From: Peptostreptococcaceae bacterium
GTDB lineage: Bacteria; Bacillota; Clostridia; Peptostreptococcales; Anaerovoracaceae
DNA: 64,000 nucleotides
Direction: 5' to 3'
Assembly: GCA_016650175.1 (NCBI GenBank)
Contig: JAENWG010000002.1
Coordinates: forward strand, 8,214-72,213
Of this stretch, positions 19,034-28,179 are shown in pieces (the first letter of the stretch is position 1; the number at the start of each line of letters is the position of its first letter). A model generated the notes under the pieces. The model saw nothing but the letters and a program-made list of their open reading frames with translations. It had not been told where the DNA came from and did no database searches. Position numbers and translations under genes: made by a program.

Positions 19034-19383
19034 TGGTTCCAACTAAAACAGTTAAACCTTCAATAAAAATATTTGCAAATTCTGAAATTAGAGAAAATAT
19101 TTATAATGAGTTATTGCTTGGAGTTGAAGAAGAAGGCATACCCTATGATTTAGAAATAAAAAGAGGTAATGCATTAGATATGGCTTTTGAAGCAGCTGAT
19201 ATTTCAATATTAGATGTTGGCATAGGAATAACAAATGATGAAATAATACTTCATTTCAGTAAGTTGAATAAAGAAAAACCACTTTTTAAAATTCCTTTAG
19301 ATTCTAGCGTTGAAAAAATCAGAAATATAGGGTCGAATGGTGCAAGATTAGTTAAAAAAATGCCTTTTAAAGGATTGTTATAA
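19033..19383 (+). CDS. pduH: Diol dehydratase reactivase small subunit
   Basis: 116 aa. Start overlaps the pduG stop. PSIKIF...GVEEEGIP pattern. Confidence 0.8.
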   Translation: MVPTKTVKPSIKIFANSEIRENIYNELLLGVEEEGIPYDLEIKRGNALDMAFEAADISILDVGIGITNDEIILHFSKLNKEKPLFKIPLDSSVEKIRNIGSNGARLVKKMPFKGLL

Positions 19384-19399
19384 GATGAAGGAGACAAAA

Positions 19400-20047
19400 A
19401 TGGAAGTAAAAAGTCTGGGATTGATTGAAACTGTAGGCATGGTAGCTGCAATTGCAGCCGCTGATAGCGCAGTTAAATCTGCCAACGTTAAGCTTGTTGG
19501 GTTTGAGCTAACTGAAGGTGGTGGAATGGTAACAATCAAGGTTGAAGGAGATGTTGGTGCAGTTAAAGCGGCTATTGACGCTGCATCTATGACTGCTAAA
19601 CAGGTAGGAACTTTAGTAAGTGCTCATGTTATACCTAGACCATCTGATTCTACTAATCTTTTAGTAGATAATGAGAAAACTGCAGGTTGCAAAGGTGTTA
19701 AACCTGAAGAATTAATGAAGGGCTATATAAAACCTGAAAAAGCAAAGAAGGTAGATATTAGTACTTCACAAAAGTCTAAACCTAAAGTTACTAAAACCAG
19801 AACAATCAAACCAAATAACGACAGTAAGAAAAAAGTTGATACAACTAAACCCGAGGCAAAAAAAACAGTAAACGTAGAGACTGAAAAAGCAAAACCAACT
19901 ACTATAAAACCAAAAGCAGTTGATAGTAAAAAAGAGGTTAATACAATTAAGCTCGAAGCAACAAAACCAGTAAATGTAGTAATTGAAAATATAAATCCAG
20001 CTACTATAAAACCTGGAACAGTTGATAAGAAAAAAACTACTAAGTAG
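19400..20047 (+). CDS. pduK: BMC-H shell protein with long Lys/Thr/Pro-rich repetitive C-terminal tail (PduK-like by position)
   Basis: BMC domain SLGLIETVGMVAAIAAADSAVKSANV...HVIPRP followed by a ~130-aa tail. The ATG at 19400 follows GAAGGAGA; the ORF track starts at 19385. Confidence 0.7.
   Translation: MEVKSLGLIETVGMVAAIAAADSAVKSANVKLVGFELTEGGGMVTIKVEGDVGAVKAAIDAASMTAKQVGTLVSAHVIPRPSDSTNLLVDNEKTAGCKGVKPEELMKGYIKPEKAKKVDISTSQKSKPKVTKTRTIKPNNDSKKKVDTTKPEAKKTVNVETEKAKPTTIKPKAVDSKKEVNTIKLEATKPVNVVIENINPATIKPGTVDKKKTTK
19796..20044 (+). repeat. In-frame tandem repeat (about 2.4 x 34 aa) inside the PduK-like tail
   Basis: TRTIKPNNDSKKKVDTTKPEAKKTVNVETEKAKP / TTIKPKAVDSKKEVNTIKLEATKPVNVVIENINP / ATIKPGTVDKKKTTK. 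Confidence 0.6.
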
Positions 20048-20092
20048 TAATTAGAAAACACTTTTAGAATAAGATTAATAGGAGGAATTAAG

Positions 20093-20368
20093 ATGAATGA
20101 AGCATTAGGTATGGTAGAAACAGAAGGACTAGTAGGTTCAATAGAAGCAGCAGATGCTATGACAAAATCCGCTAATGTAACTTTAATTGGATATGAAAAG
20201 ATTGGTTCAGGATTAGTTACAGTAATGGTTAGAGGCGATGTTGGTGCTGTAAAAGCCGCAGTAGACGCAGGTGCAGTTGCCGCTGATAAAGTTGGCAAAG
20301 TTGTATCACAGCATGTAATTCCAAGACCACATTCGGATGTTGAGAAAATACTTCCGCAAAAAAAATAG
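20093..20368 (+). CDS. pduJ: BMC-H shell protein PduJ (close paralog of pduA)
   Basis: 91 aa. Close paralog of the pduA product, highly similar by eye. Confidence 0.9.
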   Translation: MNEALGMVETEGLVGSIEAADAMTKSANVTLIGYEKIGSGLVTVMVRGDVGAVKAAVDAGAVAADKVGKVVSQHVIPRPHSDVEKILPQKK

Positions 20369-20377
20369 TATGGAGGA

Positions 20378-21037
20378 ATGACAATGGATACTGTGGATAT
20401 GACAAAAGAAGAATTGACTAAATTAATTACAAAATTGGTAATTGAAAATATGAAAAAGCAGGACCAGAGAATTCATTTAGGAGTGTCTAACAGACATGTA
20501 CATCTTGATAGAGCTGATATGAATATTCTTTTTGGAATAAACTCAGAATTAACCAATAAAAAAGATCTCGGTCAGCCAGGTCAATTTGCTGCTGAAGAAG
20601 TAGTAACTATGTTAGGACCAAAAGGGGAAATCGAACGTGTTCGTATATTAGGTCCTTTAAGATCTAAAACACAAATCGAAATATCCGCATCAGACGGCCG
20701 AAAACTTGGTATAAATGCACCACTTAGAGAATCTGGATTGACTGAAAACACCCCCGGTGTAGAATTAATTGGTCCTGCAGGAAAAGTTCATAAAGATATG
20801 GGAGTTATTGTGTCTTTACGTCATATACATATGACACCTAAAGATGCTCTAAGTGCCGGAGTTAAAGATGGACAACGCGTAAGTGTTCAAGTCGGCGATA
20901 AAACAAAGCGTGGTGCTATACTGCAAAATGTATTAATTAGAATTTCTGATCGATATGCTTTAGAGATGCATATCGATGTAGATGAAGCTCTAGCTTTAGG
21001 AGTTGGAAACGGCGATTATGCTGAGATTGTTGAATAG
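20378..21037 (+). CDS. pduL: Phosphate propanoyltransferase PduL
   Basis: Duplicated PduL motifs (GVSNRHVHL..., SLRHIHMTP...). N-terminal helical extension. Confidence 0.9.
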   Translation: MTMDTVDMTKEELTKLITKLVIENMKKQDQRIHLGVSNRHVHLDRADMNILFGINSELTNKKDLGQPGQFAAEEVVTMLGPKGEIERVRILGPLRSKTQIEISASDGRKLGINAPLRESGLTENTPGVELIGPAGKVHKDMGVIVSLRHIHMTPKDALSAGVKDGQRVSVQVGDKTKRGAILQNVLIRISDRYALEMHIDVDEALALGVGNGDYAEIVE

Positions 21038-21045
21038 GTGTTTGA

Positions 21046-21882
21046 ATGGAATTTGATTTAACAAAATGCAATAAAATACTTGATGAGTTCGAAATATTAG
21101 TAAATGAAGGTAAATGTAACGATTATGAAGGACCTCTTAAAATTGGGGTTGATCTTGGTACTGCTAATATTGTTTTAGCTGCCGTAGATATGAATAATAA
21201 TCCTGTAGCAGGAGTTACATGTAGATCATCTTTAGTTAAAGATGGAATAGTCGTAGATTATATTGGAGCAATAAAAGTAGTTAAAGAATTGAAAATCAAA
21301 TTAGAGAAAATTGTAAATACCGAGTTAACAACAGCAGCAACAGCAATACCACCAGGAATATTAGGTGGAAATATAAAAGTAATTTCAAATGTTGTTTCTG
21401 GAGCAGGATTTTATGTGAATAATGTTATTGATGAACCTACTGCAGCAGCAACAGTTATTCAATGTACAGATGGGGCAGTAGTAGATGTCGGTGGTGGGAC
21501 TACAGGCGTCAGTATTTTAAAAGATGGAGAAGTAATATTTACGGGGGATGAGCCTACAGGTGGTACTCATATGACATTAACCTTAGCAGGTTATTATGGC
21601 ATGACTATAGAAGATGGGGAAGAATATAAGTTAGATAAAGCTAATGAAGATGATGTATTTCATATAGTTGAACCTGTGGTAGAAAAAATGGCTGCGATTA
21701 TTAAAAACTATGTTAAAGACTATGATGTAAATAATATTTATGTGGTAGGAGGTGCTTGCTGTTTTGAAAAATTCCAAACTGTATTTGAACAATACATTGG
21801 TATAAAAACAGTAAAGCCATCAGTACCATTACTAGTAACACCTTTAGGTATAGCTATGAACAGCAAAATTGATTGCTATTAA
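21046..21882 (+). CDS. eutJ: EutJ-type actin/Hsp70-fold chaperone-like protein
   Basis: GVDLGTANIVLA, DVGGGTTG and VVGGAC ATPase motifs. 278 aa. Confidence 0.8.
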   Translation: MEFDLTKCNKILDEFEILVNEGKCNDYEGPLKIGVDLGTANIVLAAVDMNNNPVAGVTCRSSLVKDGIVVDYIGAIKVVKELKIKLEKIVNTELTTAATAIPPGILGGNIKVISNVVSGAGFYVNNVIDEPTAAATVIQCTDGAVVDVGGGTTGVSILKDGEVIFTGDEPTGGTHMTLTLAGYYGMTIEDGEEYKLDKANEDDVFHIVEPVVEKMAAIIKNYVKDYDVNNIYVVGGACCFEKFQTVFEQYIGIKTVKPSVPLLVTPLGIAMNSKIDCY

Positions 21883-21893
21883 GCGGTGATAAA

Positions 21894-22700
21894 ATGACGG
21901 ATTATGAATTGAAAATTTTAATAAAAGAAGCTTTAATATCTATTATTGCCAGGAAAGTGGCAGATAAAGTTATGGATATGAAAAAAAATGCTTTAGTAGT
22001 ATATACAGGTTCTACTATTAATTTTAATGAAAATCTAGATGAGCTTGCAAAACTAAAAGCTGAAGGATTTAAATTTTCATTATATATGACTAATAGTGCC
22101 ATGAAATATTTGGATAAAGAGAAAATAATAAATGTGCTTCAACCGGAAAAAATAATAACTGAGCAAGGCGATGGGGAATTTCCCGAAAAAGTTGCAGCGC
22201 AGTTTGATAATTTCATTGTACCGGCGATGACTATTAATACAGCTTCTAAGTTAGCCGCTTGTATGCCAGATAATTGGCCAGCTAGATTGTTACTTGAAGC
22301 TTTAATGAAAGATAAAAATGTTGTGATTTCAACAGATGGATGTTGCCCTGATAATCCTATTAGGGAAAAGCTTGGATATCATATGAATCAGGCGTTAAAA
22401 GAAAAACTACGCAGCAATAGAAATAGTATGAAAAAGTATGGAGCATTATTGACTGTTCATGACTCTTTATATGCTGATTCAGTAAATCTATTTTTAAAGA
22501 ATCAGAAGCTAAACTATACAGAAGATAAAAAGGCTACTAGTATAATGCGTCAATCAGATACAGGCAGAACTGTAATTGGAAGCAGTTTAATAATATCTCA
22601 AGCAAATATGGGACGTATAGTAATTCCTAAGAATGCTATAGTAACAGCACTTGCTGTTGAAACAGCATCTAAAAATGATATCGAGATCATAAGAGAGTAG
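21894..22700 (+). CDS. pduM: PduM-like microcompartment protein (assigned mainly by position between eutJ and pduN)
   Basis: Synteny with Firmicute pdu loci. N-terminal amphipathic helix ELKILIKEALISIIARKV. No sequence motif that I can verify. The ATG at 21894 is preferred over the tracked TTG at 21873. Confidence 0.5.
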   Translation: MTDYELKILIKEALISIIARKVADKVMDMKKNALVVYTGSTINFNENLDELAKLKAEGFKFSLYMTNSAMKYLDKEKIINVLQPEKIITEQGDGEFPEKVAAQFDNFIVPAMTINTASKLAACMPDNWPARLLLEALMKDKNVVISTDGCCPDNPIREKLGYHMNQALKEKLRSNRNSMKKYGALLTVHDSLYADSVNLFLKNQKLNYTEDKKATSIMRQSDTGRTVIGSSLIISQANMGRIVIPKNAIVTALAVETASKNDIEIIRE

Positions 22701-22710
22701 TAGGTGACAA

Positions 22711-22980
22711 ATGAATTTAGGTAGAATAATTGGAACAGTAGTTTCAACTAAAAAAGATGACCGACTTATAGGGAATAAACTGATGATTGTACAAAAACTC
22801 GATGAATATTTAAAGCCTCAAGGCGATTCATTGATAGCTATTGATACAGTAGGTGCAGGAACTGGTGAGACAATAATTTATGTATCGGGAAGTACAGCTA
22901 GATTTGCTGTGGGAAATTCTGGCGCACCAGTTGATGCTACCATAGTAGGAATAGTTGATTCTGTAGAAGTTGAAAATTAG
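22711..22980 (+). CDS. pduN: BMC-P pentameric vertex protein PduN (EutN/CcmL family)
   Basis: 89 aa. MNLGRIIGTVVSTKKDDRLIGNKLMIVQ is typical of EutN/CcmL. Confidence 0.85.
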   Translation: MNLGRIIGTVVSTKKDDRLIGNKLMIVQKLDEYLKPQGDSLIAIDTVGAGTGETIIYVSGSTARFAVGNSGAPVDATIVGIVDSVEVEN

Positions 22981-22983
22981 GGA

Positions 22984-23982
22984 GTGAATGTAGTGGCAAA
23001 TTTATACACTAGAAAAGGAGATCAAGGAGAGACGTGCTTAGTAGGTGGTATGCGTGTTGAAAAAGACAATCCACGTGTTCAATGCTACGGAACTATAGAC
23101 GAAGTCAATTCTGTTTTAGGTCTTGCATATGCTTCCTGTGACCATGAGGATATAAACGAATATATCAAAACAATTCAACAGAAATTGTTTGTATTTGGTG
23201 CTGAGCTAGCCAGTGATAAAAATGCTGTAGAATCACTTAAAGATAAAATAACTGATCAAGATATAACTGATTTAGAACATCTTATTGATAAGTGTACAGA
23301 AACTATTGGGATACAAAAGGAATTTGTTGTTCCTGGTGTAAATCAAGCATCAGCATCTTTGCATATAGCAAGAACGATTTTAAGAAAAGCTGAACGTGAA
23401 ATGATTACACTAAACCGAACTGAAGAAATAAGATCTGTGTTAATTTGCTATGCTAATCGACTATCAGATGCATTATATGCTTTAGCAAGGCTTGAAGAAG
23501 ATTATGTAAAGTACGAAATAATAAAACTAAAAGTAATTGAAATAGTTAGGAAAAAAATGGGTATGGAAAATAAAAATTTTGATTTAAAGTTTGCAAAAAG
23601 ATTAGCTGTTTTAGTAGAACAGAAGGCTAAGGAAATAAATGTACCTTGCGTATTCACAGCGGTAGATGCAGGCGGTAATATTATACTTCATGAACGTATG
23701 GATGGAGCATTACTAGGAAGTTTAGATATTTCAAAGAATAAAGCATATACTGCAGTGGCCTTTAAAATGCCTACTTCAGCACTTGCAAAAGAAGCAATGC
23801 CAGGTGGCAGTCTTTATGGAATACAAAACACGAACGAGAATAAAACAGTGATTTTTGGTGGTGGTTATCCATATAAGATAAACGGAGAAGTCGTTGGTGG
23901 TATAGGAATCAGTGGTGGAACTGTAGAAGAAGACATGATTATTGCAGAGTACGCACTAAAGAATATTGGAGGTAATATGTAA
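22984..23982 (+). CDS. pduO: PduO-type ATP:cob(I)alamin adenosyltransferase fused to a GlcG/DUF336 (PduO-C) domain
   Basis: YTRKGDQGET N-terminus and RLSDALYALAR helix. C-terminal DUF336-like half (AVDAGGN...ISKNKAYTAVAF...GGGYP...G.IG.SGG). The start may instead be GTG 22993. Confidence 0.85.
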   Translation: MNVVANLYTRKGDQGETCLVGGMRVEKDNPRVQCYGTIDEVNSVLGLAYASCDHEDINEYIKTIQQKLFVFGAELASDKNAVESLKDKITDQDITDLEHLIDKCTETIGIQKEFVVPGVNQASASLHIARTILRKAEREMITLNRTEEIRSVLICYANRLSDALYALARLEEDYVKYEIIKLKVIEIVRKKMGMENKNFDLKFAKRLAVLVEQKAKEINVPCVFTAVDAGGNIILHERMDGALLGSLDISKNKAYTAVAFKMPTSALAKEAMPGGSLYGIQNTNENKTVIFGGGYPYKINGEVVGGIGISGGTVEEDMIIAEYALKNIGGNM

Positions 23983-25388
23983 TGGATATAGATGTAAGCA
24001 TGGTCGAGAAAATAGTAAAAGATGTAATGGCAGTAATGAATGCTAATGGTAGCACATCAAATTCAGAAGAATATAATTATGGAATATTTTCTAACATGAA
24101 TGATGCAATTGAAGCTGCAGATAAAGCAGAAAAAGAATATTTAAAACGTCCATTATCAGACCGTAAGAAATATATACAAGTAATCAGAAATATTGCATCT
24201 TCCAAAGATAATCTTGAATTAATGTCAAGACGTACAGTTGAAGAAACAGGCATGGGTAATTATGAGGACAAGCTTATTAAAAATGAAGTTGCTGCTCTTA
24301 ATTCGCCTGGTATTGAGGATTTAGAAACTAAAGCCATTTCAGGCGATGATGGATTAACTACAGTTGATTTTTCACCATTTGGCGTAATAGGAGCAATTAC
24401 TCCAACTACAAATCCAACTGAAACCATAATTTGTAATTCAATTGGTATGATAGCAGCAGGAGACACTGTAGTATTTAGTCCACATCCTAGAGCTGCTAAA
24501 ATTTCTGCTGATTTAATTAGGATGCTTAACAAAGGGCTTGAAGACGCTGGAGCACCTAGAAATCTAATTGTTACTGTTGAAAAACCTTCACTTGAAAGCA
24601 CAAATACAATGATGGAGCATCCTGCAATTAGAATGCTTGTAGCAACAGGTGGTCCTGGTATTGTAAAAGCTGTACTTTCTAGTGGTAAAAAAGCAATTGG
24701 CGCTGGTGCTGGTAATCCACCTGTAGTAGTTGATGAAACAGCTAACATCGAAAAAGCTGCTAGAGATATTGTTAATGGTGCAAGTTTTGATAACAATCTT
24801 CCTTGTACTTCAGAGAAAGAAATAATAGCTGTAGATTCTATTGCAGATTATTTGATGTTCAATATGAAGAAAAATGGAGCATACGAGATAAAAGATCAAG
24901 ACAAACTTAAACAATTAACAGAATTAGTTACAAAAAATAATGATCCTAATAAAGATTTTGTTGGAAAAAGTGCACAATATATCTTAGATAAAATCGGAAT
25001 CAAAGTTGATTCAGATATTAGATTAATAATATGTGAAGCAGACAAACAACATCCATTTGTTCAAATTGAATTAATGATGCCTATACTTGCATTAGTAAGA
25101 GTAAAGGACGTTGATGAAGCAATTGATTTCGCTGTAGAAGTTGAACATGGAAACAGACATACCGCTTTAATTCATTCAACTAATATCGATGCATTAACTA
25201 AAATGGCTAAACTTATACAAACTACTATATTTGTTAAGAATGGACCATCATATGCTGGCATAGGAGTCGGTGGTGAAGGTTATTCAACATTTACTATAGC
25301 AGGACCTACAGGAGAAGGATTAACTTCAGCTAAATCATTTGCTAGAAGAAGAAGATGTGTGCTAGTTGGAGGATTAGCAGTAAAATAG
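23982..25388 (+). CDS. pduP: CoA-acylating propionaldehyde dehydrogenase PduP
   Basis: 468-aa aldehyde dehydrogenase (EutE/PduP-like) with N-terminal targeting helix. Start overlaps the pduO stop. Confidence 0.85.
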   Translation: MDIDVSMVEKIVKDVMAVMNANGSTSNSEEYNYGIFSNMNDAIEAADKAEKEYLKRPLSDRKKYIQVIRNIASSKDNLELMSRRTVEETGMGNYEDKLIKNEVAALNSPGIEDLETKAISGDDGLTTVDFSPFGVIGAITPTTNPTETIICNSIGMIAAGDTVVFSPHPRAAKISADLIRMLNKGLEDAGAPRNLIVTVEKPSLESTNTMMEHPAIRMLVATGGPGIVKAVLSSGKKAIGAGAGNPPVVVDETANIEKAARDIVNGASFDNNLPCTSEKEIIAVDSIADYLMFNMKKNGAYEIKDQDKLKQLTELVTKNNDPNKDFVGKSAQYILDKIGIKVDSDIRLIICEADKQHPFVQIELMMPILALVRVKDVDEAIDFAVEVEHGNRHTALIHSTNIDALTKMAKLIQTTIFVKNGPSYAGIGVGGEGYSTFTIAGPTGEGLTSAKSFARRRRCVLVGGLAVK

Positions 25389-25403
25389 ATTGGGGTAATA
25401 TGT

Positions 25404-26726
25404 ATGGATAATTTAATTGAAACTATACAAAAGAACGGAATAATAGGAGCTGGTGGAGCAGGATTTCCAACTCAGGTAAAACTTAATACAAAAGCTGATA
25501 CCGTTATAATAAATGGAGCAGAATGTGAACCCTTACTACGTGTTGACCAGCAACTAATGGCTATGCGTCCAGAAGATTTACTTGATGCACTGACTATGAT
25601 TATGAAGCAGTTAGGAGCGAAAAACGGTATAATAGCTATGAAAAGGCATTATGTAGAAGCTGATATGGCTATTTCAAAACTTCTTTCAAAATATGAAAAT
25701 ATATCAATATTTCATTTAGAAGAGTTTTATCCGGCTGGTGATGAACAAGTATTGGTTTATGAGGTTACAGGAAAAATTGTTCCTGAAGGCGGAATACCTA
25801 TTGAAGTTGGAATAGTAGTCAATAATGTAGAAACAGCGCTTAACATATATGATGCTGTGAATAAGAATCAACCTGTTACCGAGTCTTATGTAACTCTTAC
25901 AGGATCTGTAAAAACAAAAATGACAATAAGTCTTCCTCTTGGTATTACTCTTAAAGAAGCGATAGATATGGCTGGTGGTCCAACAATATCTGATTATGCA
26001 ATAATCAACGGTGGCCCTATGATGGGTAAAATAGTTAGTGAAGTTGATAGAATAACGAAGACAACAAAAGGGTTGATAATTTTACCAAAAGATCATTCAT
26101 TGATTATAAGTTTAACTAAACCTATTGGAAATATGATTAAGATTGCGAAAAGTTCATGTATGCATTGTAATATTTGTACTGAAATGTGTCCACGATATTT
26201 AATAGGACATAGAATTGAACCTAATAAAATGATTAGATTTACAAATTATCAAAGCTTTTGCGATAGCGCGACTACTCCAATTAATGCATTTCTTTGCTGT
26301 AATTGCAGATTATGTGAGTATGCGTGCGTTATGGGTCTTCAACCTTGGAAACTGCATATGGCATTTAAGGACGAATTGGGAGCAAAAGGTATTAAAAATG
26401 ACTTACATAATAAACCTGAAAATGCACATCCATTTAGGGAATATCGAAGATATCCTGTTAAGAAATTGATAGCTCAGCTTGAACTTACAGAGCATGATAA
26501 ACCTGCACCTATGGAAAAAAACTCTAAACAATTCAATAAGGTTTCTATATCTCTTAAGCAACATATAGGCGCACCTGCAACGCCAACTGTACGTGTTGGA
26601 GATGTAGTAAAAAGAGGAGATATGATAGCTGAGATGAATGGTAATACACTTGGTACATCATATCATGCAAGTATAAATGGTAAAGTGGTTTCTATAGATT
26701 ATAATGAAATTATAATAGAGAAATAA
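25404..26726 (+). CDS. pduS: Cobalamin reductase PduS (RnfC/NuoF-like flavoprotein with two 4Fe-4S motifs)
   Basis: GAGGAGFPT motif. CMHCNICTEMCP and CCNCRLCEYAC motifs. 440 aa. Confidence 0.85.
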   Translation: MDNLIETIQKNGIIGAGGAGFPTQVKLNTKADTVIINGAECEPLLRVDQQLMAMRPEDLLDALTMIMKQLGAKNGIIAMKRHYVEADMAISKLLSKYENISIFHLEEFYPAGDEQVLVYEVTGKIVPEGGIPIEVGIVVNNVETALNIYDAVNKNQPVTESYVTLTGSVKTKMTISLPLGITLKEAIDMAGGPTISDYAIINGGPMMGKIVSEVDRITKTTKGLIILPKDHSLIISLTKPIGNMIKIAKSSCMHCNICTEMCPRYLIGHRIEPNKMIRFTNYQSFCDSATTPINAFLCCNCRLCEYACVMGLQPWKLHMAFKDELGAKGIKNDLHNKPENAHPFREYRRYPVKKLIAQLELTEHDKPAPMEKNSKQFNKVSISLKQHIGAPATPTVRVGDVVKRGDMIAEMNGNTLGTSYHASINGKVVSIDYNEIIIEK

Positions 26727-26742
26727 TAGACAGGAGTACATT

Positions 26743-27294
26743 ATGGATAGATCTATTGGATTAATAGAATTAAAAAGCATACCAACAGGTGTGGAAACAG
26801 CAGATGTTATGCTTAAAGCAGCAAATGTTGATTTAATAATGGCGAGGCCTACTTGTCCCGGTAAATATGTTATAATAATTACCGGAAATGTAGGAGCTGT
26901 TAAAAATTCAATGAGTTCAGGAATATCAACAGCTGGATATTCATTGGTAAATACACATATAATCAACAATGTTGATCAGAGTTTACCCGCTGCTATAATG
27001 GGTACTACTGACGTTGATAAAATTAGCGCTATAGGAGCAGTTGAAACTATATCGGCTATAACTTCAGTTATAGCTGGTGATATAGCTGCTAAGGCATCTA
27101 ATGTCAAACTAATAGAAATAAGAATAGCTAACGGATTAGGCGGAAAAGGATTTTTAATCTTCACAGGTGAAGTATCTGCTGTTAAATCAGCAATGAAATC
27201 AATTATTGCTAAATTAGGACAAGAAGGTGAAATAACAAGTACTACAGTTATTCCAGCACCTCATAAGAATCTTATTCCTCATATTTTAGGATAA
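26743..27294 (+). CDS. pduT: Tandem BMC-T shell protein PduT
   Basis: 183 aa, two BMC repeats. Cys38 in ARPTCPGKY corresponds to the pore 4Fe-4S ligand of PduT. Confidence 0.85.
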   Translation: MDRSIGLIELKSIPTGVETADVMLKAANVDLIMARPTCPGKYVIIITGNVGAVKNSMSSGISTAGYSLVNTHIINNVDQSLPAAIMGTTDVDKISAIGAVETISAITSVIAGDIAAKASNVKLIEIRIANGLGGKGFLIFTGEVSAVKSAMKSIIAKLGQEGEITSTTVIPAPHKNLIPHILG

Positions 27295-27308
27295 ATGAAA
27301 GGATAATA

Positions 27309-27656
27309 ATGGTAGAAGAGGGTAAAACAAGAATAATACAAGAGTTTGTACCTGGTAGGCAGGTTACACTTGCTCATATTATTGCAAAGCCAAATGAAGA
27401 TGTTTATAAAAAATTAGGTTTACTTGATGCTAGTGGCAGTATAGGAATACTGACTATTACACCTAGTGAAGCTGCAATCGTAGCTGCTGATGCTGCTACA
27501 AAAGCGGCTAACGTAAAAATAGGGTTTATAGATAGATTTAATGGATCTTTGCTAATTACTGGACAGGTAATGGCAGTCGAATCAGCAATGAAAAATATTT
27601 TAAATCTTCTTTGTGATAAAATGGGCTATTCTGGTACCAATATTACAAGGACATAA
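27309..27656 (+). CDS. pduU: Permuted BMC shell protein PduU/EutS
   Basis: [19 protein letters not shown] signature. 115 aa. Confidence 0.85.
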   Translation: MVEEGKTRIIQEFVPGRQVTLAHIIAKPNEDVYKKLGLLDASGSIGILTITPSEAAIVAADAATKAANVKIGFIDRFNGSLLITGQVMAVESAMKNILNLLCDKMGYSGTNITRT

Positions 27657-27661
27657 ACTAT

Positions 27662-28123
27662 ATGGAAACATTAAAAAAGAAGATAATTTTAATTGGAGGT
27701 TCACAAGAAGGTAAAACTACTATATGCCAATATATAAATAATCAGAAGCAAGAATATCAGAAAACGCAAGCAGTTGTTTATGTTGGAGATACTATGATAG
27801 ATACGCCAGGCGAATATGCTGAGCGTAGATCATATTATGGTTCTTTACAGATTATTTCTGTCGATGCTGATGTAGTAATTTTTGTTAAAGATGCATCTAA
27901 ACATATGTCGATTTTTGCACCAACATTTTCATCGATGTTTACAAAACCGGTAATTGGTGTTATTACTCACATAGATGTCGCAACTAAAAAGCAAATTCAA
28001 GATTCACATATATATCTTGAACTTGCAGGTGCTCGTCCTGTTTTTGAAGTGTGTGCTTTAACAGGAAAGGGTATTGATAAAGTCATTAAATACATCAACA
28101 AAATTAATCTTGTTGAGTATTGA
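27662..28123 (+). CDS. pduV: EutP/PduV family small GTPase
   Basis: P-loop GGSQEGKTT, DTPGEY, 153 aa. Position after pduU. Confidence 0.8.
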   Translation: METLKKKIILIGGSQEGKTTICQYINNQKQEYQKTQAVVYVGDTMIDTPGEYAERRSYYGSLQIISVDADVVIFVKDASKHMSIFAPTFSSMFTKPVIGVITHIDVATKKQIQDSHIYLELAGARPVFEVCALTGKGIDKVIKYINKINLVEY

Positions 28124-28179
28124 TGTAATAAATGCACGATAGTTAGTTCACATTTTAGTAACAAATGGAGGTAAAGAAA

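Noticed and set aside
21894-22700. Re-annotating the PduM-like protein as a flavoprotein or other enzyme, based on a Rossmann-like ALVVYTGS stretch
   Set aside because: The motif evidence is too weak to support this without a profile search. The positional PduM-like call is kept at low confidence.
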